From contig CASDYC010000001.1 in assembly GCA_949285665.1 (NCBI GenBank), positions 325,376 to 389,375 of the forward strand: 64,000 nucleotides of DNA, in the 5' to 3' direction. Under the pieces are notes generated by a model. The model was not told the DNA's origin. It did not search any database and saw nothing but the letters and a program-made list of their open reading frames with translations. Each line of letters begins with the position of its first letter. Position 1 is the stretch's first letter. The translations under genes and the position numbers were made by a program. This DNA comes from an uncultured bacterium (GTDB lineage Bacteria; Bacillota_I; Bacilli_A; RFN20; CAG-826). Below, piece after piece: positions 1 through 9,761 of the stretch.

Positions 1-508
1 CATTAATATTTGAAACTTCACTGACAAAAATAGATATACCAAAATCACCTAATTTTACAGTACTATCAGGAAGTAAATATATGTTTTGAGGTTTAACATC
101 TCTATGAATTATTCCACGAGTATGAAGTTCATCAAGAGCATCTAAAAGTTGGGAAATTATATAACAAGTTTCTTCTAAACCTAAATTTCTTTTTGTGTCA
201 ATTACATCCCTTAATGTTTGTCCATATAAAAATTCAGTGATCATGTATGGTAGTTGTTCTTTTGTTTTTCCATAATCATAAATTTTAATGATGTTATAAT
301 GATTTTGAATAACAGCAGCAATTTTAATTTCATATAAAAATCTTTGATACATTTCTTCTTTTGATTCGACATCATCTCTACAAATTTTAATAGCAACTTC
401 GTATTTGGAAATTGTATCTATCGCTTCATAAACATCGGCCATTCCGCCTTTTCCAATATATCTTTGAATATGATATCTATTTTGAAAAAGAGAACCTAAT
501 TCAATCAT
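1..508 (-). CDS. prkC: Hanks-type Ser/Thr protein kinase, N-terminal kinase domain only; the gene runs past the window start
   Basis: The reverse-strand translation from the ATG at 508 gives MIELGSLFQNRYHIQRYIGKGGMADVYEA...VAIKI...HRDVKPQNIYLLPDSTVKLGDFGISIFVSE. Glycine loop, VAIK, HRDxKPxN and DFG motifs are all present. Its start overlaps the stp stop (ATGATTGA), the conserved stp-prkC arrangement. Confidence 0.85.
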   Translation of the reverse strand, partial: MIELGSLFQNRYHIQRYIGKGGMADVYEAIDTISKYEVAIKICRDDVESKEEMYQRFLYEIKIAAVIQNHYNIIKIYDYGKTKEQLPYMITEFLYGQTLRDVIDTKRNLGLEETCYIISQLLDALDELHTRGIIHRDVKPQNIYLLPDSTVKLGDFGISIFVSEVSNIN

Positions 509-1247
509 TGTTTTCTCCTTCCCATAAAACAACAGCAATATTATCGCTTCCGCCGTTTTCATTAGCACAAGCAATTAATGTACTAGCTTTTTTGTCAATT
601 AATTCTTTTGTTCCAAGAATTGAAAAGATATCATTTTCTGATAAATTGTTATATAAACCATCAGAACATAATAAAATGTTTTGATTTTCATATTTATAAA
701 AATCATATGTTAAATTAATATATGGAAAAATTCCAATTGCATTTGTTAAAACGTGTCTTTTTGGATGAGTTTTCATTTCTTCTTTATTAATTTGACCATT
801 TTTATATAAATAATTTACATAAGTTTGATCTTCGGTCATTAATTTAATACTATTTTTGTTATAAAAATAGCATCTTGAATCTCCAACATTAATAATGCAT
901 AAAGTTTTGTTAATTATTAAAGCAGCAACAAGAGTTGTTCCCATATCTTTAAAATCTTTACTTTGAGCGTAATCATAAATTGTTTTGTTAATTTTTCTTA
1001 AAGTTTTTGAAAAGAAATTAATAATTTGTAACTTACAATAAAATTTAGAATGGTTTATAAAAGCATTTTTAAATTCATCAATAACGATTTTACTTGCAAA
1101 ATCTCCAGACTTATAGCCACCCATTCCATCACAAACGCATAATAAAATATCACCATTTGAATTTATGGTTGCAAGAGCGTTATCATCGCTTGTAATTCTA
1201 ATTCTTCCAGTATCAACCTTTGATACAAATCTACCTTTGTGTATCAC
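501..1247 (-). CDS. stp: PP2C-family Ser/Thr phosphatase
   Basis: CDGMGG and GGSDNI motifs with a DG...D metal-binding pattern. Sits between rlmN and prkC as in the Firmicutes operon. Confidence 0.85.
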   Translation of the reverse strand: MIHKGRFVSKVDTGRIRITSDDNALATINSNGDILLCVCDGMGGYKSGDFASKIVIDEFKNAFINHSKFYCKLQIINFFSKTLRKINKTIYDYAQSKDFKDMGTTLVAALIINKTLCIINVGDSRCYFYNKNSIKLMTEDQTYVNYLYKNGQINKEEMKTHPKRHVLTNAIGIFPYINLTYDFYKYENQNILLCSDGLYNNLSENDIFSILGTKELIDKKASTLIACANENGGSDNIAVVLWEGENND

Positions 1248-2286
1248 TTTTTACCTCTTTTGCTCTAAGTTGGCCACATGCAGCATCAATATCATCACCA
1301 AAACCTTTTCTAACAGTAACATTTATATTTTGTTTGTATAAATAATCATAAAATTTTCGTACATTTTGTTGTGGGGAAGTTTTAAATTTATTTTCCATAA
1401 CTTCATTATAAGGTATTAAGTTAACATATGCACATATACCTTTAATTAAATCAGTTAATTGTTTTGCACAATCAAGGGAATCATTTAAATCTTTAATTAA
1501 AATATATTCAAAAGTAACTCTTCTATTTGTCTTTTTTAAATAATATTTAACAGCATTCATTAATTCAGAAATATTATATGTTCGGTTAATAGGCATTATT
1601 TTTGATCTAATTTCATCATTTGGGGCGTGTAAAGATATAGCAAGATTTGTTTGTAATCCTTCATCTGCATATTTTCTAATTTTGTCAACAATTCCACAAG
1701 TTGAAACACTAATATGTCTTGCTCCAATTTCAAGAGCAAATGGAGAATTGCAAATTCTAATAAAATCCATTACATTGTCATAATTCAAAAATGGTTCCCC
1801 AGTTCCCATTACAACAATGTGAGTAATTTTTTCATTGTCACCTTCTTCTTTTAATATATCATTTAATAAAAGAACTTGACCAATAATTTCACTAACTCTT
1901 AATTCACGAGATTTTTTTAATAAACCACTTGCACAAAAACCACATTTCATGTCACATCCAATTTCACTTGAAACACATGCAACATTTCCATAAGTATATC
2001 TAATTAAGACAGTTTCAATTAAGTTTTCATCTTCTAATTCAACTAATAATTTGATTGTTCCATCTTTTGAAACTTGTTTTTTATAAATTGTTGGTTTTTT
2101 AATACAAAAATTTTCTTTTAATTTTTCTCTAAAAGCTTTTGATAAGTCAGTCATTTGGTCAAAATCAAAAACTTCTCTTTTATAAACCCATTGAAAAATT
2201 TGTTTAGCTTTAAAAGGTTTTTCACTAAATTCTTCTTGTAATAAATTTTCTAATTTTTTTAATTCAAAATCATAGATGTTATACAT
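1231..2286 (-). CDS. rlmN: 23S rRNA/tRNA A2503 C2-methyltransferase, radical SAM
   Basis: CxxxCxxC radical-SAM motif (CGFCASG) and a C-terminal Cys. Length and synteny fit rlmN. Confidence 0.9.
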   Translation of the reverse strand: MYNIYDFELKKLENLLQEEFSEKPFKAKQIFQWVYKREVFDFDQMTDLSKAFREKLKENFCIKKPTIYKKQVSKDGTIKLLVELEDENLIETVLIRYTYGNVACVSSEIGCDMKCGFCASGLLKKSRELRVSEIIGQVLLLNDILKEEGDNEKITHIVVMGTGEPFLNYDNVMDFIRICNSPFALEIGARHISVSTCGIVDKIRKYADEGLQTNLAISLHAPNDEIRSKIMPINRTYNISELMNAVKYYLKKTNRRVTFEYILIKDLNDSLDCAKQLTDLIKGICAYVNLIPYNEVMENKFKTSPQQNVRKFYDYLYKQNINVTVRKGFGDDIDAACGQLRAKEVKSDTQR

Positions 2287-2288
2287 TT

Positions 2289-3560
2289 TTATTTAATTCT
2301 TTTTAATATTGCATAATATCCAAAATTATTATCTTTTATTGTTGGGAAAATTGTATTTTCTTCAACTAAAGTAAATTCGACATTATTTTTCAAAAATTCT
2401 TCAATATTTTTTTCGTTTTCTTTCTTATCAAGTGTATATGTAAAATAAACTAAATATCCATCAACTTCAACATTTTTAGAAGCTTCTTGAATCATTTCTT
2501 TTTGTTTTTTAATAAATTCATTAATTTTATTATTATCAAAATTAATTATGTGCTCTGGAGAGATATAATAATATGAAAAATTACTTGATTCAGGTAATAA
2601 ATAAAATATATTAGCTTTCTTTGGAAGTCTTGCTTCAACTCCAGAGATTTCACATTGTTCATAGAAAATTTTATCAGTTTTATTTTTTCTAACATATTCT
2701 AAATTTTTTGATAATTTAGTAAAGTCACTTGAGAAAAACCCTAATAAATTTTCTTTATTATATGTTGCAAGAATTTCAAAAAACATACTTGTTTTTTCTT
2801 GGCTATAAAAAACAATTGTATCTTGCATATGCCATGGTACTTTTTTTAATAATAAGTCATTTAAATAATTTGTTTCATAAATTAAATGATCTTTTATATA
2901 AGGAATTTTCTTAAATGAAGCTTTACCGTTATAGCGATATAAATTTAGTTTATCATCAAAAACAAAATCTGGATTATTGTCAATATCTAATTTTGAAACA
3001 TCAAATAAATTATTTTTCTTACAATAAATATTATGTCTTGCATTTATTGCTTTGCATATCTTTAAACATTCTTTTTTAGAATATTGTTTATTCCACATTC
3101 TAATTAACCAAGTTGGAATGTTATATCTTGCTGAAAAATATAATTCATTTATCTCATTATTTAAGACATCTTCTAAAATAACATAAGGTGTTTTATCTAC
3201 GAAAAATGTTTTAAATTCATCAGGATTAATTTCTAATTTATTTTTTGCAAAAATATCATCGATTGTTTTTAAAACTTCGTCTTTTTCGTATCTTTTTGTA
3301 AAAAATAAATCAGTTAAACAATAAATTAATTCAAAATATGCAGGATTATCTTCTTTTAAATTAAATTTACGACTTAATGTTAATCTAAAAAACAAATAAT
3401 GTCTAACGGATGATGCAACAACGCTTATACAATTATTTTTTTCTTTGAATGAGAAATCTTTTAATTGAAAAATTTCTTCATTTGTCATTGTATAAAATTT
3501 AGCCTTATCAATTATAACTTTTTTTAAACAATTAGCTAAAAAATCATAATGTAATATCAT
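2289..3560 (-). CDS. RsmB/Sun-family 16S rRNA m5C methyltransferase homolog with degenerate catalytic motifs (probable pseudoenzyme)
   Basis: Occupies the rsmB position upstream of rlmN. The C-terminus GYLVYFTYTLDKKENE...GYYAILKRIK aligns with RsmB motif VI GGxLVYSTCSxxxEEN...GFFIAKLRK, but the TCS cysteine is replaced by TYT. The motif IV DAPCS region reads LLPESS. The SAM motif I DLCAAPGGKT is not recognisable. Confidence 0.55.
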   Translation of the reverse strand: MILHYDFLANCLKKVIIDKAKFYTMTNEEIFQLKDFSFKEKNNCISVVASSVRHYLFFRLTLSRKFNLKEDNPAYFELIYCLTDLFFTKRYEKDEVLKTIDDIFAKNKLEINPDEFKTFFVDKTPYVILEDVLNNEINELYFSARYNIPTWLIRMWNKQYSKKECLKICKAINARHNIYCKKNNLFDVSKLDIDNNPDFVFDDKLNLYRYNGKASFKKIPYIKDHLIYETNYLNDLLLKKVPWHMQDTIVFYSQEKTSMFFEILATYNKENLLGFFSSDFTKLSKNLEYVRKNKTDKIFYEQCEISGVEARLPKKANIFYLLPESSNFSYYYISPEHIINFDNNKINEFIKKQKEMIQEASKNVEVDGYLVYFTYTLDKKENEKNIEEFLKNNVEFTLVEENTIFPTIKDNNFGYYAILKRIK

Positions 3561-3562
3561 AA

Positions 3563-4012
3563 TTATTTTCCTACCTTATCTTTAAAATCTTTAAATGCAT
3601 CACCTGTATAAATATCGTCAATATTGTCATCATCTTCAAATTCATCATCTTCTTCAACAATATTTTTTTCTGTTAAGAATAATGGATATTCTTCATTTTT
3701 ATAAACATATTTTTCTTCTTGCAAATAATATGAATAAATAACTGTGACATGTATTGCAATATCTTTAAAATATTCGACAAGTAATTTAGAAATTTCTTTT
3801 TGAATTACTTGTAATCTTCTTAATAAAACAACTTTAATAACAATATTCCAAGTATTTTGTTCAACACCATCATGAACTAACAAACCTTCTGTTCCATAAA
3901 AATTAATTTCATCTTTACTAACTTCACAAACTTCAGAAAGCTTTGGTGTTAAATCTTTTGAAACTTGTCTTAATGAATATGGATCAATTCCAAATACTTC
4001 TACTAAAACCAT
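3563..4012 (-). CDS. Hypothetical 149-aa protein with an acidic C-terminal tail (EEDDEFEDDDNIDD)
   Basis: ORF coupled between priA and the rsmB-like gene, where def and fmt normally sit. No deformylase motifs (EGCLS, HExxH) are present. Confidence 0.4.
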   Translation of the reverse strand: MVLVEVFGIDPYSLRQVSKDLTPKLSEVCEVSKDEINFYGTEGLLVHDGVEQNTWNIVIKVVLLRRLQVIQKEISKLLVEYFKDIAIHVTVIYSYYLQEEKYVYKNEEYPLFLTEKNIVEEDDEFEDDDNIDDIYTGDAFKDFKDKVGK

Positions 4013-4073
4013 GATTACCTCTTATTCTTAAAATATTATAAATATTTTAAACAAAAAAACAAACACCAATATA

Positions 4074-6272
4074 TCAAAAAACTACTTTTATGTATAAATC
4101 TGTATTAGAAAATAAATCACTCCATTTATTTTTTATTAAATTTAATAAATCAATCATGTCTTTATTCAATTTTGTTTTTATAATTAATGATTTTTCAAAC
4201 TGTCTATTCATATATTTTGGTTTTGTTAAATAATAATAAAATGATTTTTGATTTGAAAATTTATTTAAGATTATTTTTAAAACTTCTCCGATATTTTCAT
4301 TTAAACGCTTATCATTAACATCTCTTAAAGAAATTTGATATATGTAAAAATATGGGGGAGTTTTAGAAATTAATCTATTTTTTAATTCAATTTCATAAAA
4401 TAATTCATAATTTTGATTTGCAGATGCTAAAATAATTGGATTTTTTGGGTTAATAGTTTGAATTATTCCATAACCAAAGTCTCCTTTTTCTCTACCGCTT
4501 CTTCCAATTGTTTGAGTAATTAAATTAAATATTTGTTCATTTGAATTGTATTGCTTATATGAAAAATAATCATCAATTCCAATAATTCCAACCATTCCAA
4601 TATTTTTAAAATCATGACCTTTTGAAATGATTGAAGTTCCAACTAAGATATCAATTTTATTTTCTTCAAATTCTTTAAAAATTTTAACTATCTTTTTTGT
4701 ACTATTTGAAGTTGAATCAATTGATTTAATTACATAATTTGGGAATATAAATTTCAATCGTTCTTCAATTTTTTCAAGACCATATGAATATTCATAAAAA
4801 GTTTTATTTCCACACGAAGTGCACTCAACTTCGTCTTTTTTATAATTTGTACCACAATGCTTGCAATAATAAATATCTTTTTGTTTTAAATATATTAAAT
4901 AATGATTACATTTTTTGCATTTTAAAATGGCATTACAATTTTCACATAATAATTTAGTCGAATATCCTTTTTTATTAAACAAAATAAAAGCTTTTTTATT
5001 TCTAATTGATATTGTTAATTTTAAGGCATTGATTAATTGTTTTGAAAATAAAACTGATTCTAATGATATATTATTTTTGTCACTCATGTTGACGATTTCA
5101 CACTTTGGATAATTTAAATTATTAAAATATCTTTCATCTAATGTTAATAAATTATAAATCCCTTTTTTTGCTTTTGCATATCGAATAATACTAGGGGTTG
5201 AAGAACCCATTAAAAATATACTATTATGAATTTCACTACGATGTTCAGCTATTTCAACTGCGTCATAATTAGGCATTTGATTCATATTTTTATAAGAATC
5301 TGAAAATTCTTCATCAACAATAATTAATCCAATATTTTGTAGTGGGGCAAAAACAGCTAAACCAGTTCCAAAAACAATTCTAATTTTATTTTCGCTAATT
5401 TTTAAATACTCATCATAAACTTTTGAATCAAGTTTAAAACCATTAATAAAACTTACTTGATCTTTGTATTTTTGATATAAAATACTTTCAATAAATGGAG
5501 TTAAATTAAATTCGGGAACTAAATATAAAACGTTTTTACCTTTAGAAATTACTTCATCAATTAATTTTAAATAAATTTCAGTTTTTCCACTTCCTGTAAC
5601 TCCTTTTAGAAGAATTTTTTTGTTTTTAGAATTTAAAATATCATCAAAAATTCGTTGCTGAAACTCACTTAAAACAAAATTAAAATCAAAAAACTCTGCA
5701 ATTCCTGAATATTTTTCCGTTTCTAATATTTCGGTTATTAAATTTTTCTTAATTAAAGAACTTAAAGTAGATTGATTTTTTATTTCGCTTTTTTTAATCT
5801 TTTTGTTTGGCGAATTATAAATTATATTTAAAATTTCTTTTTGTTTTTCTGTTATTTTTTTATTTTCATCCGGAAATTTATTAAAAATAACATACTTAAC
5901 TTTTTTTGATTCATTTGCATTTAATGATGAACTACTTGGTCTTATTTTTAGTGGCAAAATAATTTGAAGACACGAAATTAGACTGGCCACATATCTATAT
6001 GACATGTATTTTGCTAAATCGTATAATTCTTTAGAAATTATTGGAGATTTATCGATGATTTCAATAATACCTTTTAACTCATATGGTGTATAAAAATCAA
6101 AATTATCAACTTCTTTTACTTCATTAATAAAACCAATAATAAAAGATGTTTTAAATGGTATCTTAACTCTCATTCCAATTTGAGGTTTTAATTCGCCTTC
6201 ATAGGTATAATAAAAATTTTTATCTAATTCAAAAGCTTTGTATTCGACTAAAATACCTAAAATATATTTCAT
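4074..6272 (-). CDS. priA: Primosomal protein N' (PriA helicase)
   Basis: Walker A GVTGSGKT, a DEEF (DEEH-like) box, and a Cys-rich zinc-binding region (CENC..CKKC..CKHC..CTSC). 732 aa. Confidence 0.9.
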   Translation of the reverse strand: MKYILGILVEYKAFELDKNFYYTYEGELKPQIGMRVKIPFKTSFIIGFINEVKEVDNFDFYTPYELKGIIEIIDKSPIISKELYDLAKYMSYRYVASLISCLQIILPLKIRPSSSSLNANESKKVKYVIFNKFPDENKKITEKQKEILNIIYNSPNKKIKKSEIKNQSTLSSLIKKNLITEILETEKYSGIAEFFDFNFVLSEFQQRIFDDILNSKNKKILLKGVTGSGKTEIYLKLIDEVISKGKNVLYLVPEFNLTPFIESILYQKYKDQVSFINGFKLDSKVYDEYLKISENKIRIVFGTGLAVFAPLQNIGLIIVDEEFSDSYKNMNQMPNYDAVEIAEHRSEIHNSIFLMGSSTPSIIRYAKAKKGIYNLLTLDERYFNNLNYPKCEIVNMSDKNNISLESVLFSKQLINALKLTISIRNKKAFILFNKKGYSTKLLCENCNAILKCKKCNHYLIYLKQKDIYYCKHCGTNYKKDEVECTSCGNKTFYEYSYGLEKIEERLKFIFPNYVIKSIDSTSNSTKKIVKIFKEFEENKIDILVGTSIISKGHDFKNIGMVGIIGIDDYFSYKQYNSNEQIFNLITQTIGRSGREKGDFGYGIIQTINPKNPIILASANQNYELFYEIELKNRLISKTPPYFYIYQISLRDVNDKRLNENIGEVLKIILNKFSNQKSFYYYLTKPKYMNRQFEKSLIIKTKLNKDMIDLLNLIKNKWSDLFSNTDLYIKVVF

Positions 6273-6862
6273 TTATTGTTGTTGCTATTTAAAGAATAAA
6301 TTTTATCTTCAATTATATCTGCAATTTCTTTTGTAGTTACATCTAATTTATCGTTACAAACTACAAAATCATAATATTTACATGCACAAAATTCAGATTT
6401 TGCTTTATTTAATCGCTCTTCAATGATCATTGGGCTTTCAGTTCTTCTTGAAGTTATACGTTTTTTAATTTCTTCAATACTAGCAGTTAAAAATATTGAC
6501 ACAATATTATCGCCAACAAAATTACTCATTACTTGTTTTGCACCATTGACTTCAATTTCTAATAAAACATTAATTCCACTATCTAATAAATTAGAAACAT
6601 ATTCTTTTGGGGTTCCATAATAATTACCGACAAATGATTGATATTCTAAAAATTTACCATCTTTAATATTTTGCTCAAATGTTGGTCTATCAACAAAAAA
6701 GTAATCGATTCCATCGATTTCTTGAGCTCTTGGTTCTCTTGTGGTCATAGAAATAGAATAATGGAGGTTTAATTGAGGATATTTTTCCATTAACTCTTTT
6801 CTTATTGTACCTTTTCCAACACCACTTGGGCCACTAAGGATGACTAAAAGACCTTTTTTCAT
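6269..6862 (-). CDS. gmk: Guanylate kinase
   Basis: GPSGVGKGT P-loop, 197 aa, overlaps the priA start by 4 nt. Confidence 0.9.
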   Translation of the reverse strand: MKKGLLVILSGPSGVGKGTIRKELMEKYPQLNLHYSISMTTREPRAQEIDGIDYFFVDRPTFEQNIKDGKFLEYQSFVGNYYGTPKEYVSNLLDSGINVLLEIEVNGAKQVMSNFVGDNIVSIFLTASIEEIKKRITSRRTESPMIIEERLNKAKSEFCACKYYDFVVCNDKLDVTTKEIADIIEDKIYSLNSNNNK

Positions 6863-6968
6863 TTACAATATTATACAACAAATTAACAAAATAAATATAT
6901 TGATTTTAAAACAACTTATGTAAAAAAAGTGTTTTAAAATCTTATATTAAATTTATAATTAATATACG

Positions 6969-8351
6969 ATGTTAGATAAATTAGATTTTTTAAAATTACA
7001 AGTTAATAACATTAAAGAGACTTGTATTGATGACAAAATATATAAATTAGTTCTTATAAATAAAAATGAACTATATTTATTCATGTTAAAAACTAAAAAA
7101 ATTATACATATTTCTTTTAATTTTGTATTTCCATATATAAATATTGTTAATAAATTACCTGATTATAAAAAAGATGAAAATAATAATTTACAACTATTAA
7201 AAAAATATTTATTAAAAGCTACTATTCTAAATATCAAATTATTAAATAATGATAAAATCATTCGAATTCAAGCAAAAAAAGTAATGGAAGATTATGAAGT
7301 TTTAGATTTTTATATTTATTTAGAATTATTTTCTAATCATCCAAATCTAATTATTACTTCATTAGATAACAAAATTTTATTTGCAAGACACTACACTTCT
7401 TTAAACGCAGTTAGAATAATTAATAAAAATATGGAATATGAATTACCTCAAATTAATTCAAATCAAGTTATTAAAAAAGCATTTGATAGTGAAAATTTTA
7501 TTAAAAATTATGAATGTCAAATTCAACTAGACATTATTAAAAGCGATTTTAAAGATATGTTTAAACTTGTAAAAAATAAGATTAAACAATTAAATAAGAA
7601 AATAAACATATTAAATCAAACAATTTTAACAGATCAAAAATATGAAGCATATAAAAAAGCCGCTGATTATATTTATACAAATCTTGACGAAAATTTTGAT
7701 GAAATTTTAATTGATGGAATAAAGATAAATATAAATAAACAATATTCTTTAATTGAAAATGCCAATATCTTTTATAAAAAATATAAAAAAATGAAAACTG
7801 GAATTCAGATGAATAAAGAATTTTTGCAAGCCGCTCAAAATGAATTAGAATATTTTGAATATCTAAATGAGCAAATTACTAATAAGATGTTATCTTATAA
7901 TGATATTTTAGAAATCAATCTAGAATTAATTAAAAATAATTATTTAAAAAATAAAGATAACAAGAAAATTCAACCATCTTATTTACCTTATAAATATAGC
8001 GATGAAGAAATTGTTGTTTATTTTGGAAAAAATTATTTACAAAATAATTATTTAACGTTTGAAGTTGCAAATAAAAATGATTTATTTATTCATGTAAAAG
8101 ATTATCATGGCTCTCATGTTATACTTCCAAAACAATATATTAATAACAAAAATATTGAAAAATGCTGCAAAATAGCACTATTTTTATCAAATTTAACTCA
8201 AGGTGAATTAAACGTAGCCGAAGTTAGAAATGTTAAGAAAACAAATATAAAAGGTTTAGTTAATTTATTATCATACAAATCATATTATGTAAAAATAAAT
8301 GATACAGATGAAATTCAAAAAATAATTAGTAATTCAAAAAAAGTTAAGTAA
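6969..8351 (+). CDS. NFACT-family protein (RqcH/FbpA-like ribosome quality-control factor), shortened form
   Basis: A DUF814/NFACT-R-like segment (LFIHVKDYHGSHVILP) near the C-terminus and an N-terminal NFACT-N-like region. Diverges from gmk as yloA does in Bacillus. Confidence 0.6.
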   Translation: MLDKLDFLKLQVNNIKETCIDDKIYKLVLINKNELYLFMLKTKKIIHISFNFVFPYINIVNKLPDYKKDENNNLQLLKKYLLKATILNIKLLNNDKIIRIQAKKVMEDYEVLDFYIYLELFSNHPNLIITSLDNKILFARHYTSLNAVRIINKNMEYELPQINSNQVIKKAFDSENFIKNYECQIQLDIIKSDFKDMFKLVKNKIKQLNKKINILNQTILTDQKYEAYKKAADYIYTNLDENFDEILIDGIKININKQYSLIENANIFYKKYKKMKTGIQMNKEFLQAAQNELEYFEYLNEQITNKMLSYNDILEINLELIKNNYLKNKDNKKIQPSYLPYKYSDEEIVVYFGKNYLQNNYLTFEVANKNDLFIHVKDYHGSHVILPKQYINNKNIEKCCKIALFLSNLTQGELNVAEVRNVKKTNIKGLVNLLSYKSYYVKINDTDEIQKIISNSKKVK

Positions 8352-8352
8352 T

Positions 8353-9177
8353 ATGAAAGATTATATATTTCAAAAATTTAAAAAATTAATCGGTGTAAAT
8401 ATTAAGTCATATTCAAAAGATGATTTTGATACTTCTTTTGATACTTATATTATTAATGATGCTTATGTTGTTCGAAGCGGAAAAAAAATAAAAGATCCAT
8501 TATATTTTCCAAAATATGAGCAAGAAATTATTGATTTATTAAAAGATAAAAACATTAGTGAAAAAGTTTTATATTTTTCTAATATGAACGGCTTTAAAAT
8601 TTCAAGAGTAATTCATAAGTCAATTAAGAAAAATATATTAACAAATGTTGACATAACGAGACTTGCAAAACAATTAAAAAGATTGCACTCTTTTGAAGAT
8701 AAACCAAAAAGAGAGTTTGCATATTTTGAAAATATTAGCTCATTAAAGAAAAATATACCTATTGACCAATATATTGATCAAAAATATGAATCTGTTGTAA
8801 TTAGTAAAACTCTTATGCAATTTTTAGAAGATAAACATATCTTTTCGCATAATTATTTATTAAAAGAAAATATATGTTTCAGAAGTAATGAAATTAAATT
8901 TTTAAGATTTGATTTTTCAACTAGTAATTCTCCACTTTATGATCTGGCTTTTGTTAGTAATGAATATAATTTTTCAGATGATGTTTTAATTTTCTTTTTA
9001 AAAAAATATTTTGGACATACATTTAAAAAAAGATATATAAAAATGATCAAAATTTATCAAGAATATCAAAATATTTTAAATTATTATCATAATTTATATT
9101 TATTTATAAAAATTGGCGACATTAAATACCTAGACTTAGCTAGTAATTATAAGAAAAAAATTAACAATAAATTATAA
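8353..9177 (+). CDS. Phosphotransferase-family protein (choline/ethanolamine kinase, LicA-like)
   Basis: A Brenner-type motif (HNYLLKENI) and a kinase motif (FDFSTSNSPLYDLAF) typical of choline kinase/APH folds. Starts 1 nt after the previous stop. Confidence 0.55.
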   Translation: MKDYIFQKFKKLIGVNIKSYSKDDFDTSFDTYIINDAYVVRSGKKIKDPLYFPKYEQEIIDLLKDKNISEKVLYFSNMNGFKISRVIHKSIKKNILTNVDITRLAKQLKRLHSFEDKPKREFAYFENISSLKKNIPIDQYIDQKYESVVISKTLMQFLEDKHIFSHNYLLKENICFRSNEIKFLRFDFSTSNSPLYDLAFVSNEYNFSDDVLIFFLKKYFGHTFKKRYIKMIKIYQEYQNILNYYHNLYLFIKIGDIKYLDLASNYKKKINNKL

Positions 9178-9179
9178 AA

Positions 9180-9719
9180 TTATTTATTAAATTTATTATT
9201 GTATCTTTCAATTGATTCTTGAATTATTTTTTTAGCAACTTCACTATCATGAATTTCTTCTACTTCAACATCATTTAAGACTTCAAGTTGTTTATAAATT
9301 GAGAAAAAATGTTTTATTTCATCAACGATATGTTTTGGAAAATCCTTAATGTCTGTGTATAAGTTATAAAAAGGATCTTGTAAACATACAGCAATTATTT
9401 TTTCATCATCAGCTCCGTTATCATTCATAAATAAAACCCCAATTGGTTTACATTCAACAAGTGATAATGGAATAATTGGCTCTGAACAAAGAATTAAAAC
9501 ATCTAAAGGATCACCATCATTTGATAAAGTATTTGGAATAAATCCATAATTATGTGGATAAGATGTAGATGTTGATAAAATTCTATCCAATCTTAAAGCA
9601 CCAGTATCTTTATCAAGTTCGTATTTACATTTAGATCCTTTTGTTATTTCAACACAACCAAAAAATCTATTAGAAGAAATCTTTTTTGAATTACCAAGAT
9701 GCCATAAATTATTTTTCAT
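9180..9719 (-). CDS. ppa: Inorganic pyrophosphatase, family I
   Basis: DGDPLDVLIL signature, 179 aa. Confidence 0.9.
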   Translation of the reverse strand: MKNNLWHLGNSKKISSNRFFGCVEITKGSKCKYELDKDTGALRLDRILSTSTSYPHNYGFIPNTLSNDGDPLDVLILCSEPIIPLSLVECKPIGVLFMNDNGADDEKIIAVCLQDPFYNLYTDIKDFPKHIVDEIKHFFSIYKQLEVLNDVEVEEIHDSEVAKKIIQESIERYNNKFNK

Positions 9720-9761
9720 AACTTTATTATATGATTTTTATATCAAAAATTGAAATATTTA

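Noticed and set aside
412-684. The 90-aa plus-strand ORF and similar short ORFs antisense to long genes. The others are at 2729-2914, 4915-5112, 6423-6620, 9750-9935, 11042-11269, 11351-11578, 13189-13461, 13679-13921, 14210-14479, 16152-16349, 16389-16595, 20091-20372, 36187-36396, 37241-37489, 39166-39477, 40070-40279, 40520-40882, 41356-41607, 43178-43378, 43280-43462, 46095-46301, 46783-47001, 47329-47553, 48514-48762, 50795-51016, 60265-60456 and 61844-62032.
   Set aside because: Each is embedded entirely inside a well-supported gene on the opposite strand or frame. They have low-complexity, AT-driven composition and no RBS. They are typical spurious ORFs in AT-rich DNA.
3563-4012. The 149-aa ORF, considered as a peptide deformylase because it occupies the def position.
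   Set aside because: It lacks the GxGxAAxQ, EGCLS and HExxH motifs, and its size and charge profile differ. It is kept as hypothetical.
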